Source: Camelus dromedarius (Eukaryota). Taken from it: DNA of 64,000 nt. The stretch's first letter is position 1. Each line of letters opens with the position of its first letter. Under the pieces are notes generated by a model, which did not search any database, was not told where the DNA came from, and was given only the letters and a program-made list of their open reading frames with translations. The translations under genes and the position numbers were made by a program. Shown piece after piece: positions 42,901 to 55,849 of the stretch. The stretch spans positions 27,590,001 to 27,654,000 of the forward strand of contig NC_087451.1 of the NCBI RefSeq assembly GCF_036321535.1. The letters run 5' to 3'.

Positions 42901-45900
42901 TTCCCGACCTTGGGACCCCCATCCCGGCACTGCCACCACCCCCTCCACGACTCCTGCCCTCTGGACATCCACCATTGGGATCCTCCACCTGGGACCTGTA
43001 CCCGGCACCTCCGCCTTGGGACCCCCCCCCTTCAACCCCGCCCAGGACCCGCTGCCCACTGCTGTGTCCCCAGCAGGGCAGTCAAGCCCCAGACCATGAG
43101 TATGTCCACCCTCTCCCGCCCCTTTCTGGGCTCAGTGTTGGGTGGGTTCTCCGGCTGATACTGGATGAGACCCCAGAAACTTCTCCAGTGAGAGCAGGCC
43201 CAGCCCCAGTGGCACCAGGCGTGCTGAGTGTTCTGGCAGGCTATCCCTGGAACACTGCCCCCCCTTTTCGGTGACCCCAACCTGTTTGAGCTCAGCCTGC
43301 CCCCCCACCCCGATGCCTCACAGGCTGTCTCTCCGCAGACATTCATCTTCACCGACGGGGACGACCCTGAGCTGCAGCTCCAGGGAGGTGCGTGCCCCCC
43401 GAGCCCAGCCCTGCTGGCCTGCCTGAAGGCCTCCTCCAAGGTGTCCCTCAGTCCAGTGCCACACGGCCCCCTGCTGTGTGCAGGCGGGGTGGGGGGGGGG
43501 GTTGAAGCACCTTCCCAGGGTCACACAACTGGTAGAGAACAGAGTCAGGATGCCCACCTGGCACTGACCCAGCGTCCAGGGCCCACTCTGCCAGCCACGC
43601 TCTGCCTCCCTTGCCTCCCTCGGCCACTGGCTGACTTCCCAGGGTCCCTGGCTAGAGCCATGTCCCCTGAAGAGGTGCCAGTAAGGAACCGTCCCTTCCA
43701 GGCCTGCTTCAATCAGGATGGTCTCACCTCAAGTCCTGTTTCCGGGCGAGTCTCTCCTTGTAGGCTTCAATGGTTGTCGTCTGCCTGGACCTCAGAGGTC
43801 AGCAGCAGGGTCATCCGAGTGGGGCCACGACAGGTCAACCGTTGTACCCCGCCTTGGAGCCTTGAGCAGGACAGCTGCATTTTGCCCTGACTTCAGTGGG
43901 GTGGGCTGGCAGTGGGCCTCGCCCTGGCCTCCATGCTTCTGTGTCTCCACCTGGCAGGCAGCCACGTCGTCAACACCAACTGCTCGGCTGTGCACACCCG
44001 CCAGGCTCTGTGCTGCAAGATGTCGGTGGAGTATGACAAGTTCATCGAGTCCGGACGCAAGTACGTGGTGGCTGCGCGCCCATGCCCTCCCCCCAGAGTG
44101 CCCAGGGCCGAGGCTGGGCCCACACCCCTGGGCCTGGGGTGGAGGCCTCTCCCCCTGGGCCAGGCCTCGCTCCAGAGAGTCCTGCACCTCTCCCAGGTGG
44201 TTCTGCCACGTGGACGATGACAACTACGTGAACTCGGAAGGCCTGCTGCAGCTGCTGGCCACCTTCTCACCTAGCCAGGACGTTTACCTGGGGCGGCCCA
44301 GCCTGGACCACCCCATCGAGGCTACCGAGCGGGTCCAGGAAGGTGGCACCGTGAGTGCTGGGGCCGGGGAGGGGCAGCTGAGAGCATGGAGACCCCAGCC
44401 GGGAAGAGGCAGGTGTCCGATCCACCCAGAGGGGGCTTTTCGGGAGCTGGGCCAGTGAGGAGGGGCCATGGGAGGGGCTGGGGCCACAGGAGACTGCATG
44501 GGAGAAGTCTGGGTTCCCCGGCACTCCGAGGGGCCTTCTGTCGCTTGCCTAGGAGCCCTGAAGGGCGGCTTAAGGACAACCCCCGGGGTGTTTAGGTGAA
44601 GAGTCAGGGTGGGGAGCCCTGACTGCCAGCTCTCTCCACCCAGGTGACCACCGTCAAGTTTTGGTTTGCTACAGGCGGGGCCGGGTTCTGCCTGAGCCGG
44701 GGCCTGGCCCTCAAGATGAGCCCCTGGGCCAGGTGAGTGGGGCGGCGAGAGTGCGGGCTGGGGGTACAGAGATAGGGTGGCGCTGACCTGTCCTCCACTG
44801 CCCACCCCCAGCCTGGGCAGCTTCATGAGCACCGCCGAGCGCGTGCGGCTGCCGGACGACTGCACGGTGGGCTACATCGTGGAGGGGCTGCTGGGTGCCC
44901 GCCTGCTGCACAGCTCCCTTTTCCACTCCCACCTGGAGAACCTGCAGAGGCTGCCGCCCAACTCCGTGCTCCAGCAGGTAGGCCCGCCCGGCCCCTGCCC
45001 TCTGCTGGGTCCCGCGCGCTCATCCCACTCGGCGCCCGAGTGGGCTCCTGGTTGAGCAAGGACTCAGGGGTGGGTCCCAGCACTCCGGCAAATTTGCCAG
45101 GCCCCAGGATCCTGGGTGTAGGGGGCTCCCAGACTCAATGTTGAAGCCCGTTTGAAAAGGGTAGCATCTGGGCTTTCCGAGGCAGATGGGCCCAGGGCAG
45201 CGGTCCGGGGGTGACGGGAGGGAGGATCAGCTTTGGGCAGAGGGTTGCAGAGCCCTCACCCCCACACGTGCGCCAGCCACCTCTCTAGGTGTCTTGCATG
45301 CTGGCCGCGGCCTGCGGCCCGCGGCCCTCAGCCCACGTCGCCCTCCAGTGCTGCTCCTGAGTCTGCCCTGAGGGCACCGGGTCGGGGGCTCTGGGGAACT
45401 GGGAGGCCGAGCGGCCTCTCCCCTGGAGGGCACAGCAGGAGACGCTGGCCCGAAGAGAGCGACTGTCCCTCCTCCTCTTCCCCAGGTCACCCTGAGCTAT
45501 GGGGGCCCTGAGAACCCTCAGAACGTGGTGAACGTGGCCGGAGGCTTCAGCCGGGAGCAGGACCCCACAAGGTGAGGGGCGGGCAGGGGAGGCGTGCTGG
45601 CACCAGCCCTCCCTGCCTGCAGCCCTGACCCCCACTTCCCTCCCAGGTTTAAGTCCATCCACTGCCTTCTCTACCCGGACACAGACTGGTGTCCTGCGCG
45701 GAAGCAGGATGACCTCGCTTCTCGGTGACCTTCGACCCGTGACCCAAACGTGGCTCTGGCTCTGCCCCCAGTGTGGGTGGGCGACGGCTGCCCAAGGGAG
45801 CAGGAACTGCCCGCCCTGGGCTCAGTCAGCTGCCCCAGGTGGCTACGGCCACGGCCTCATCCAGGGGGACACTCGGGCTGGCCTGCCAACTCCTACATGG

Positions 45901-46511
45901 CCCCTGGCAGGCCTGGCGCCGTGTTCCTGCCCTGGGGTCCAGGCTTTGCAGCGTGCAGGATGCTCCTCCTCCAAGCCCAGCCCCCACTGTCACCTGAAGG
46001 GCCTCCACCCAAGGGTGAGGGGGCCTGGGACGGGGCTGGCATCCGGCTCCCAGGGCTCCATCCTGCTCCCCTCCTTGCTGGAGAGGGGACTCCAGGCCAG
46101 GGTCTTGGGTGAGGTCTCGCAGCCAAGCAGCGGGGACTGTAGCGGCTGCGCCGGCTGTCCTCCCAGGGGGGCTGCCCTCCACACGCCAGGCTCGGAGCCC
46201 AGCCAGGGCCGCCCTGCCTCTGAGGGGAGCTGCACGCCGGGACGCAGGCCCCTGGCCGGCTGCACTTGGCACCGATCACTCCTAGCCCAGGCATCTCCAC
46301 TCAGGGGCTGACTCACTGCTCAGTGCTTCCCCATCCCCTCCCCCCACCCCACGTCCTTAAAACAGCGGGAGCCTCTTGCCTGGGGTCCCCCTGCAGTGAG
46401 ACATCCCCGTCCTGCCAGCGGACTCACCTTGACGGTACTTTTCCAGGGAGGAGAAACAGACAGGGGAGGCAGCGCCTGCCCTCTGCTCCTGCTTGGCTGC
46501 TGCAGCGAGTG

Positions 46512-46517
46512 AATAAA
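46512..46517 (+). terminator. RFNG polyA signal AATAAA
   Basis: First canonical hexamer after the stop, followed by a GT/T-rich downstream element. Confidence 0.85.
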
Positions 46518-47807
46518 GGCTTGATTGTTATTCTCTGGTCCTTGTCTTAGTTAACCGGCTACACATGGAAGCTCAGCTCCGGACGGGGCCACACAGCATT
46601 CAGCTCCTCCCTGTGAGGCTCTGCCCCGAGACCAGCTCCACCTGGGCAGAGCTGCCTTCCTCCCGGCCTCCCAGTCAGCCTTGAGCTGCCCGCTGGACTC
46701 CCCGGCGTGACCCGGAGCATACATGGGGGTGGGGATCCTGCAGAAACGAGGGGAACATGACACACCTCGCCCCAGGAGGCAGACTTCCTGGGTGTTTTGC
46801 TTGCTTTTTCAGAACGCTGTGGCACGTGTGTGTGTGTCTCACAGGCACAGAAGCGTCCATGAGTGTGTGTGCATACGTTCACGGGTGTTCACGGGTGTTC
46901 ACGCGTGTGTGTGAACTGCTGTGTAAATGAGCGTATGCTGCTATGTAGGTGGGTACGAACGTGTGCGTGCTGTGCAGAGGGGGGCAGACGTATGTGTCTC
47001 TGTGTTAGGGCAGGCCAGCAGTAAAGTACCCAAACAAGCAGCTTGGAGTCAGCAAAGGCTGGTGGTGGGGCACCGGTCCCTTGGAGAGGTTTCTGGCAGG
47101 TCACCGGGGACTGTTTGTGCTCAGCGGCCACTCCCCCTCACGTTCCCAGACGTGAGATGTGCAGCAGCTCCTCGGGACCTAGACATGAGCTGAGCCTCCC
47201 AGGCCCCAGCCACGGGGGCCTCCGCAGAGCACAGACTCAGGGCAGCATCACATGGGACCAGAGTGCCCCTCCCCAGCTGGGGCAGCCTCAGCCTCCCACC
47301 GGGACGGCCAGCCTCAGAGGTGCAGGCTCCCTCCTCGCCAGGTCCAGGGGAGCAGTCACCCCCAAGCCCAGCACCCTCCAAGGGGAGACGGGGCTGGCCG
47401 GCACCCTGACGCTGCCAGGTCTGCCCCAGTGGGTGGTCCGTCTACTTCTCAGAGAAATGTTTGCTTGATTGCCTCTGAAAAATACACAAGAAATTGGTAA
47501 AAAATGTTTCTCTGTCCACTTTTTGACATTTTACAAGTAACAAATATGTTTTATAGTAGACATACAGCAGATGCATAATGAGCAAAAGTTAAAATTCTGT
47601 TAATAAGGTTCAAAATGAAGTTGCATGCATTCGGCCCTCCCGCTCACACTTTCTGGACAGCCACTTGCGGAGCGTCACTGAGCACCAGGCGCTGAGGGAG
47701 CACTAGGAGAGGGGTGAGCCCCAAAGTGGGCCAGCCCTCCGGGGGCGGGGCGGGGCGGGGCTGCCGGTGGGCGGGGCCTTTCCTGGGGGGTTGGAAGCAC
47801 AGTCTGG

Positions 47808-47985
47808 CCCTGTTATCTGCAGATTCTGTATTTGCAAGCTCACCCTCAAGATAAAATTTATCTGCAACCCCAAAATCAACAGCTGCTTTTCTGGTCACCC
47901 TCAGACACGGGAAGAACGGTGAAAACCTTGGGTCGCCAGATGTGCCCACCCCAGCTGCGGGAGAACCAGGCCAGGCTCTGCCTCA
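47808..47985 (+). mobile_element. Tigger4/Zombi-like (TcMar) DNA transposon 5' remnant
   Basis: TTATCTGCAGATTCTGTATTTGCAAG...AAAATTTATCTGCAACCCCAAAATCAAC...CCCAGCTG resembles the recalled Tigger4 5' end. A possible 3' end lies near 48250-48310. Confidence 0.5.
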
Positions 47986-48059
47986 GAGATGCCGGGAGAG
48001 GATGCAGACAGCAGGGGGCAGTGCGGAGCAAGCAGGCCGCGCAGGCTCCGGGCCGGCGG

Positions 48060-48215
48060 GACTGGCTTGAATCCCAGCCGTGTACCTCTGGGTGGGGCAG
48101 CCTCCGGCAGGTCGCTTCACACCTCCGAACCTCCTCGTCTCTTTTGTAAAACAGGGGAAACAGAGTCTACAGGGATGAGTTGCTTGTAGGGTTCGAGATG
48201 CTAATCTCGGCAAAG
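48060..48215 (+). mobile_element. MIR fragment
   Basis: TTGAATCCCAGCC...GGCAGGTCGCTTCACACCTCCGAACCTC...TGTAAAACAGGGG...GTTGCTTGTAGGGTTCGAGATG follows the MIR consensus layout. Confidence 0.55.
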
Positions 48216-48514
48216 TGTGTGTGTGTGTATTTCCCCAAGAGCAAGGGCCCAGCATTACGTCATTCAGTATTCATAGCGACTTCGTACTTCCGCAAATAAT
48301 GGGAATTAATGATGTTTGTATCTGAATCTGCCTCTCAGGGATACCAGGCTAATCAAAATTGTATCTAGAAAATGAAAAATATACTGGGAATTAACTTCAT
48401 TCTGGAGTTAGATTATGGTGGTGCTATACAACTCTGTGAATGTAATGAAAACTACTGAGTTAAGAATAAAAACAAAAACAAAAAGGAAAGTTTTAATTAG
48501 AAAAACAAAAAATA

Positions 48515-48627
48515 GGGGACGGTGTAGCTCAATTGGCAGAGCATGTGCTTAGCATGCACGAGGTCCTGGGTTCAATCCCAGTGCCTCCTCCAAATATAAA
48601 TGAATTGATAAACGTAATCACCTCCCT
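48515..48627 (+). mobile_element. Camelid tRNA-derived SINE (vic-1-like)
   Basis: GGGGACGGTGTAGCTCAATTGGCAGAGCATGTGCTTAGCATGCACGAGGTCCTGGGTTCAATCCCAGTGCCTCC plus tail ...AAACGTAATCACCTCCC. Confidence 0.85.
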
Positions 48628-48779
48628 CTCATAAAACAAAAAGAAAAAGAAAAAAGTTAATTTTTTAATAAAAGAAAAAAAGGAAAAAATTAAAAACCTA
48701 CCGAATTATATACCCTTCAAAACTACACTTTTTGATATGCGAATGGCGTCTCAGTAAAGATGCCACTTAAAAAGTGAGC

Positions 48780-50360
48780 CAATATGTACAGTATAGATAA
48801 ACAAGGATCAGCTGCAGAGCACAGGGAACTAGATTCAATTTCTTGACGTAACATAGTTGAAAAGAATCTGAAAAAACATGTATGTATGTAGATGCATAAC
48901 TGAATGAATCAGTTTGCTGTACACCTGAAACTAACATTGTAAATCAATGACACCTCAATAAAAAATACAATTAAAAATACTTTTCTTCAAAAAAAAAGTG
49001 AACCAAGATGAAATTAAAAATTGAAATATCCCTGTATTACATAACTTGAACTTACTGACAAAAACATTCCCACAGAAATCTCTAGGGTCAGAAGTTTCCA
49101 CTGGTCAGATCAAAACGACAGTGAGGCATCACCTCACACCAGTCAGAATGGCCACCATTCAAAAGCCCACGAACAATAAATGCTGGAGAGGCTGTGGAGA
49201 CAAGGGAACNNNNNNNNNNNNNNNNNNNNNNNNNNNNNNNNNNNNNNNNNNNNNNNNNNNNNNNNNNNNNNNNNNNNNNNNNNNNNNNNNNNNNNNNNNN
49301 NNNNNNNNNNNNNNNNNNNNNNNNNNNNNNNNNNNNNNNNNNNNNNNAATTCGAAAANNNNNNNNNNNNNNNNNNNNNNNNNNNNNNNNNNNNNNNNNNN
49401 NNNNNNNNNNNNNNNNNNNNNNNNNNNNNNNNNNNNNNNNNNNNNNNNNNNNNNNNNNNNNNNNNNNNNNNNNNNNNNNNNNNNNNNNNNNNNNNNNNNN
49501 NNNNNNNNNNNNNTTTACAGCATCATGGGGGGACCTGGAGAATGTCATTCTAAGTGAAGTAAGCCAGAAAGAGAAAGAAAAATACCATATGCTATCACTC
49601 ATATGTGGAATCTAAAAAAAAAAAAAAGACAAATGAACTTATTTACAAAACAGAAACAGACTCACAGACACAGAAAGCAAGCTTATGGTTAGCAGAGGGG
49701 AAAGGCATTGGGAAGGCCTAAATTGGGAATTCGAGATTTGCAGATACTAAGTACCATACATAAAATAAACAACAAGGTCCTACTGTACAGCACAAGGAAT
49801 TACATTCAATATCTTATAGTAACCTGTAATGAAAAAGAATATGAAAAGGAATATACGCATGTGTATGTATGACTGAAACATGATGCTGTGCACCAGAAAT
49901 GTACGCAGCACGGTAAACTGACTCTACTTCAATTAAAGGTGCCAGAACTTGGAGGGCATTATGCCAAGTGAAATAAGTCAAACAGAGAAGGCCAAATATT
50001 GTAAGATATCACTTACCTGTGGGATCTTAAAAAACAGCAAACTAGTTATTGCACAACAGAAAAGAAAGAGACTCACAGATGTAGAGAAGGAACTCTCAGT
50101 GACCAGTGGGAGAGGGAAAGGGGAGGGGCAAGATGGGGGTGGAGGGTTAAGAGGCACAAACCATCAGATTTGTCCCTGACAAGCTACCAGGATATATCGT
50201 ACAACACAGGGAACTTGGCCAACATTTTGTAATAACTGTAAGTGGAGTGCAGCCTTTAAAACTGTGAATCACTGTATTGTATACCTGTAACATATAATAT
50301 TGTGCATCAACTATATTTCAATTTAAAAATATGACATTGTAAAATAAATACATAAGTAAA
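48780..50360 (+). mobile_element. Cluster of LINE-1 3' ends, including a younger copy (~49105-49930) that spans the assembly gap
   Basis: QIKTTVRHHLTPVRMATIQK...KCWRGCGDKG and ASWGDLENVILSEVSQKEKEKYHMLSLICGI are L1 ORF2 C-terminal motifs, followed by L1 3'UTR-like sequence and A tails. Confidence 0.85.
49210..49513. other. Assembly gap (N run) with a 10-bp island at 49348-49357
   Basis: Directly visible. Confidence 1.
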
Positions 50361-50587
50361 GGTTTTAAAGGTGCCAGAATTAGTTTATTGATTAATTTTT
50401 CATACTTAAAAGAAAAGCTAAGCTAGAGACTGAACTTGACAGGGCGGGCTAGGCCGGGCGGCAGAGACCACTAAGTCCTGGGAGCCCACGTGTTCGCATC
50501 CCACTGCAATGGGCCCGGTGGCTCCGCTGTAAGTAGCGAGTCCAGAACCCAGACTGCTTCCTTTTTTTTTTTTTTTTGGTGGTGGTG

Positions 50588-50703
50588 GAGGAGATAATTA
50601 GGTTTGTTTATTTTTTTTTTTTAGGAGGAGGGACTGGGGATTGAACCCAGGACCTCATGCATGCTAAGCACGCACTCTACCACAGAGCTAGACCCGCACC
50701 CCC
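50588..50703 (-). mobile_element. Camelid tRNA-derived SINE (vic-1-like)
   Basis: Reverse complement of ...TAGCTCTGTGGTAGAGTGCGTGCTTAGCATGCATGAGGTCCTGGGTTCAATCCCCAGTCCC with AAACCTAATTATCTCC tail. Confidence 0.85.
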
Positions 50704-51139
50704 TGGGTTGCTTCTACCTTCGGGGCCCAGCGTGTTGTAGTTTAAGTCACCCTCACATCATCTGGCAAAATGGAGGAACAAGAAGAAAGTCAGATGAAGG
50801 CGAAAAGGAGACTCACCACCCAAGCCCGGGAGGGACATGAACTCCCCAGGCTTCACTGGCTTGAAGAAGCCCCACAGCCACCATCACAGGCAGGGCAGCT
50901 GGACCACGTGAAGAGGCAGGAGCAGGGTGCGCGGGGGGGAAGGTCCTGGGTCTCTGACGGCCCTGGTGGCAGCTGTGGTGTCATCCCTTGCTCGCCATCA
51001 TGGGAGCAATGAACTCCCATGGTTTCAGCCAGCGTCAGTCACCTCGTCTGCAGCTGGGATCGCACGTCACTGACACGGAGTGTGAAGCAAGGTCTCTGAG
51101 CACAGTTCACGGGGAAGAGAAACTAAATAAAGGAAAATG

Positions 51140-51323
51140 AAAAAGAACAAGGTCCCACTGCGTTGCACAGGGAACTACATTCAACACCTTGGAATCACCT
51201 AAAATAATGAAGACTATGAGAAAGAATCTATATACAAATAACTGAATCACTGTGCTGTACACCAGACACTAACACAACATTATAAATCAACTATACTTCA
51301 AATTAAAAAAAAAAAAAAAAAAA
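51140..51323 (+). mobile_element. LINE-1 3'UTR fragment with polyA tail
   Basis: Similar to the L1 3'UTR copies at ~48800-48970 and ~49770-49930; ends in an A-run of ~19. Confidence 0.75.
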
Positions 51324-51340
51324 GGAGGAGGAGGAGGGTG

Positions 51341-51425
51341 GGGAGGGTAGAGCTCAGCACTAGAGCGTGCGCTTGGCATGCATGAGGTCCTGGGTTCAAT
51401 CTCCAGCACCTCCATTAACGAAAAG
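51341..51425 (+). mobile_element. Camelid tRNA-derived SINE (vic-1-like) next to the L1 tail
   Basis: GGGAGGGTAGAGCTCAGCACTAGAGCGTGCGCTTGGCATGCATGAGGTCCTGGGTTCAATCTCCAGCACCTCC. Confidence 0.85.
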
Positions 51426-51449
51426 GTAAAAATAAAGGAAAAAAAGAAA

Positions 51450-51810
51450 AAAAGCAGGGACATGGCAGGAAGGTGCCTCGGCTCGAGAGGGCGGCTCTGC
51501 TGCAGAGTCCAAGCTTGCATTGCTTGCCCCAGGACACGCCGAGCAGAGACGTGCTGGGGCAAGGGAAGCCGGCAGGCCGAGACGATGGTGAGATGCGCCA
51601 GAGACCATCTTCCCAGGGTTAGAATTCAGGCTCCTTTTACGCTAGAAGATGAAAGGGTTAAGGGCTGGTTCCAGCCAGACTCTGGAGGGGACGAGTTCAT
51701 TTCTTCATCCCAGCCTGGTCAGGAGGTTTCCTGTGAGCTCAACAAAGTTATTTTAGCTGAACGCTTGTTACCCAGGAGGCAGGGTTCCCAGACATGGGCC
51801 ATTGTGTGTC
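51450..51810. mobile_element. Possible ERV1-class LTR fragment
   Basis: CTGGTTCCAGCCAGACTCTGGAGGGG...CCTGGTCAGGAGGTTTCCTGTGAGCTCAACAAAG resembles recalled laurasiatherian ERV LTR sequence. Unverified. Confidence 0.4.
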
Positions 51811-52101
51811 ATTTAAGCTAATAAGCAACACCCTTTTCGTGAGTAACTTCTAATAGGACACAGAGGCTCTTCCCAGTCACAGCTCCCGCACGCCACCTGA
51901 GGTTATGGGGGGTCAGCAGTCCTTCGTCTTTTAAGAGGAGCAGCGAGAAGCACCTGCACCCTGAAAAGTTGGCCAGGACAGCAGATCTCTCCGAAACTTG
52001 ACAGATGGGAATGTGTGGCATCAGGGTGACTCCGCCGTCCATGCAGGATGGGTGCAGACCTCGTCCAGAGCCACAGCTCTGCCCAGCCCTGCCGACGGCA
52101 T

Positions 52102-52161
52102 CCTGCCCGCCCAGCTGAGCACCTGCCCGCCCAGCTGAGCACACGCCCGCCCAGCTGAGCA
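52102..52161. repeat. 20-bp tandem repeat x3 (CCTGCCCGCCCAGCTGAGCA)
   Basis: Units at 52102, 52122 and 52142; the third has 2 substitutions. Confidence 0.9.
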
Positions 52162-55100
52162 CACATGCTCTGGCCCCGCCGGCCCTTGAGGCAGCTTTCC
52201 TTTCATTCTCAGACCACAGTTGTAACAGCTGCATTCAAGTCTTGCTTGGGGGGGCCCCGACAATTGTTGATTCGGTTTAGAAAAGCTTCATTGTATGTGG
52301 GAGCAGGCAGGAGAAGCTGAGGATTGAGCAACCTGACCTGCAACCCCTCCTCACCCCCAAGAAAGTTATCCTGGACCCAAGAGCAAGAGCAAGGTCCTCA
52401 GCTCCAGGCTCAGTGCTGGGGGCCCTGGGCCTCCAGGCTGGGGTCAGCTCCCCCCCCAGAAGGCTGTGGGGCCCCCCAGGCCCCGGGGCAGGGCCACAGG
52501 GAGCTCGTGCCCCCTCCCTGGCTCTGCCCCCCTGCCGGCCACTCAGGTCTAATTCCAGGAGTGGCTGAGGTGGCTTTCTCCAGCAGCATCACCTTACAGG
52601 CACCCAGGGAGCTTTTGTGCCTCAGGAAAAGTCTGCAACTCTCCTCCCCTAGAACTTCCCATGACCAAGAGCCTAATCTCTCGGCAAAAGAGAACAGCCT
52701 CCCGTCTCAGAGCCCCACCAGTCACGCTATAATCCCGTGATATGGGGGTGGGGTGGGCAGGGACCGCAGGCTTTTTCCCATCAGAGAAGCTGTCGGCTCC
52801 CCCAGGGGCAGGTGCCGATCCCAGGGAGCCAGGAGCCTCTGGGGAGGGGGACCCCTGCCAACAACCCCGGCCCTCAAGCCTCTCTCTCATTTCTCCAAAA
52901 GCCTGGGGTCAAGCCAGGAACAAGTCGGCTTCCCAGAGGGCAGAGCCCTCCAGAGCGGGGCCAGGGCTTCCAGGAGGTGGGAGATGCAGGCGGGGGCGGG
53001 ATGTCCTGAGGACTGAGACTCAGCAGTGAGTGGTCCTCCCCCAGTCCGGCCACATCAGCTACTGCCGGGCACGGCCCTCCGCCCCTGGGCCCACTGCACG
53101 TGGAGTCCCCTCCCTGCATGTCACTGTCCCCTCCGAGACTCTGAGCCCCGATGGCAGGGTTGGGACTCAGCCCTGCTGGTGAAGAAAAGAGCCAACAAGC
53201 ACAAGCTGACATGAGAGGGACCAGGAAGGGTGGCCCCAGCTCGATGGCGGGGCCACAGGTAGTGGCCCAGGTCCTCAAGGGAGGCGTGCAGAAAGCCCTT
53301 CCTCAGGGTGCCGTGAGCTCAGACCCCTCTAAACACACACGCGGTGGGGGGTGCGCATGGCAGGAAGGGCCCCATGCTGAGCCACAGACACTCCTGGAGG
53401 CGAGGCCACCCCCCCACCGCGCTGGGCTCCTGGGGCAGCCTGAGCCTGGGATCCCCCTCCCTGCGGACAGACCTGGACAGCCACGCCCCCGACAGACAGG
53501 GTCAGCTCAGCACAGTGGCCCTGGCTGGCTGCCGGCTACACAGAGACTGTCTTGAGAGCTGGAAGGACCAGCACAGTGTCCGGGAAAGCAGGGGTGGGAG
53601 GCCTTAGATCTCTTCAACTTCCTCATTGCCCAGAAGAAGGCAAAATATGCCATCGAGGTGGCCCTTGGGTTCTCTCCCAGAGGGTGAGCGTTTCCCCAGG
53701 CCCACCCACGGGGACCTCCTGTGTCTGTGTGTCTCCCTGTGTGTGTCCCCATGTGTGTCCCCTCTTGTGCGCACACACAAGCGGTGACGGGAATGGTGAC
53801 CTGTGCCCAGTGACCTGGACAGGTTTCCTCTCCCTCCCAGGGTCCCCTCCTGCTTTTTCTCAGCTGCACCTGCCTCTTGCTTCCTCCAGGAAGTCCCCCT
53901 GCAGTGCCTGAGGCCTGATGCTGCCCGGGGAGTTAAACTCCACTCGAGGATTCTTGCCCTGTGTCAAGAAGGCCTCGCTGTCAACAGCGCTTTCTTGGTC
54001 ACAGCCCTGTGGACAAGAACAAGCCACTTCCACCCATCTGGGACATGGGCCAGATGAGGAGCCAGGGGTGGGGGCCTTGACCGCTGTGAGGGTAACCCGC
54101 AGCCCTGCTCCTGTTCCCTGCCCCGCCCGCTCGACTGCAGGCTCCCTGCGCAGACGCGGGTCACGGCCTGTGCTCTGTGCAGCCACAGCGTGTGGCTGTC
54201 ACCCTCGTTTTAGGGTGTGTCGTTCGTTCATTCACTCTGCAGACACATGCTGGAAGCATCTCTCACAAGTGCCAAGGAACAGGGGGTGCAGAGGACGCAG
54301 GTGATTGCAAGGCAGAGGGAACATGAGTGACTGAGTGGCCAGAGGGCTGAGAGTCAACACCTGAGGTGCCAGAGCCCAGAGGGGGAGCCCTCACAGGAGC
54401 TAACACCCCAGCTGAGCCCAGAAGCCAAGAAGTTGGAGGGGAGCCTGGCAGGGAGCAGAGGTGGCCTGGCCTGGGGGAGGGGGACCTGGGGACATGGTCA
54501 GACCAAAGGCTCCCAGTGCGGTAGAGCCAGTGGGCCTGGTGGGCACCGGGCAGGAGCAGTGGAGGATGAGGAAGGGTCTGGAGCAAGAGGGGGCCCTGGG
54601 CTCAGCTTGACCTGCAAGAAGGGGCAGCGCCAGGATGGGTCACAGGAGCCCAGTAGGTCCCGCTGCTCCCAGACCCCTGTGCTTGGAGACAGGCTTGGTT
54701 TCCAGGCCCAGAGGGTGCGGCCCGTCTCCCAGACACCCAAGTTCCCACAGCTGGCTAGAGTGACCCACCAACCTCAGGAAAGTGTGGTACCTGTGATCAG
54801 TACCGTAACAGAAGGATTCAGCACTCAGCTGAAGGAAGAGACGCAGAGGACAGAGTCTGGGAGGGTCCAAACACGAGCCAGACTGCAGCCAGACGTGTGA
54901 CAACACACACGGAGTACTGCCCCCGGGGAAGCTCGTGGTGTTTGTATTGCTGTGGTACTCACTGGGGCCTTACCTCCTTCTGCCCATGTGGCTGGCTGTC
55001 CTTTAGACCCAGCCGTTCCCAGAGGTCAGAAATGACACGCGCTTTCCCGAAGCCCCGAGCACAAGTCGCACTTTGGGCCATCAGGTGGGCAAGACCCCCA

Positions 55101-55849
55101 GCAACCAAGACGCTCCCATTAGGCAGGCCATTGTGGGGCCCAGAGATCCCACCCCAGGAGAGCAGGCCAGGGCCAGACCTCTCTGAGCAAAGCTAACCCA
55201 TCAAACACACTGGACGCAAGAGAGCTGCGGTTTTGGCACACAAGCTAGTGCACGTGGGCCCAGCCCCAGGGAGGGGCTCGTGGCTTGCCCCGTGCATCGT
55301 GGACACGGAGCGTGAGCCAGCGTACGGGGTCGCTCCCTTTGCTTCAGGCAGGAGCACACAGCTTTCCTTTTGGAGACTCAGATGAGCCCGCGTCAGGAGC
55401 CAGGGGAGCTGGGGCGAGGCGGTGGGGGTGCCTCTGCACACCCTGGCCTCAGGCAGCCCTGATCCCCTCCAGCTGCTGCCCTGGGGTGCAGGCACCCCCT
55501 CCCCTTCCCCCTCGCCTCAGGCCCATAGCCTCTGACCCCAGGGCAGAGAGCAGCCTTTGAGGGACAATTCTGGAGGTTGAAGAACCCAGAATCTCAAGAG
55601 CAGAAAACCAGTCCGCAGTGCAGTGTGGGGCCAGTGTCGGAGCTGTGCTGGCTGTGGGGTGTGTGCTGGGCGTGCGGGGTGTGAGGCCCTCTGCCCCTCT
55701 CCTGGGGCTGGCTGGTACCCACTTGCTGGAGCAGTGGGTTGTGTCCTCCACAAGGTCTCCCAGCCCCGGAGCCCGCCTGGTCATGTGCCCTGGGCTCCCA
55801 GCTGACACATCACAGGGTAGGGTGGTCGCCTCTAAGAGCCCGGGGGGAG

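Noticed and set aside
52102-52161. CRISPR-like or regulatory array
   Set aside because: Simple head-to-tail minisatellite without spacers, in a mammalian genome.
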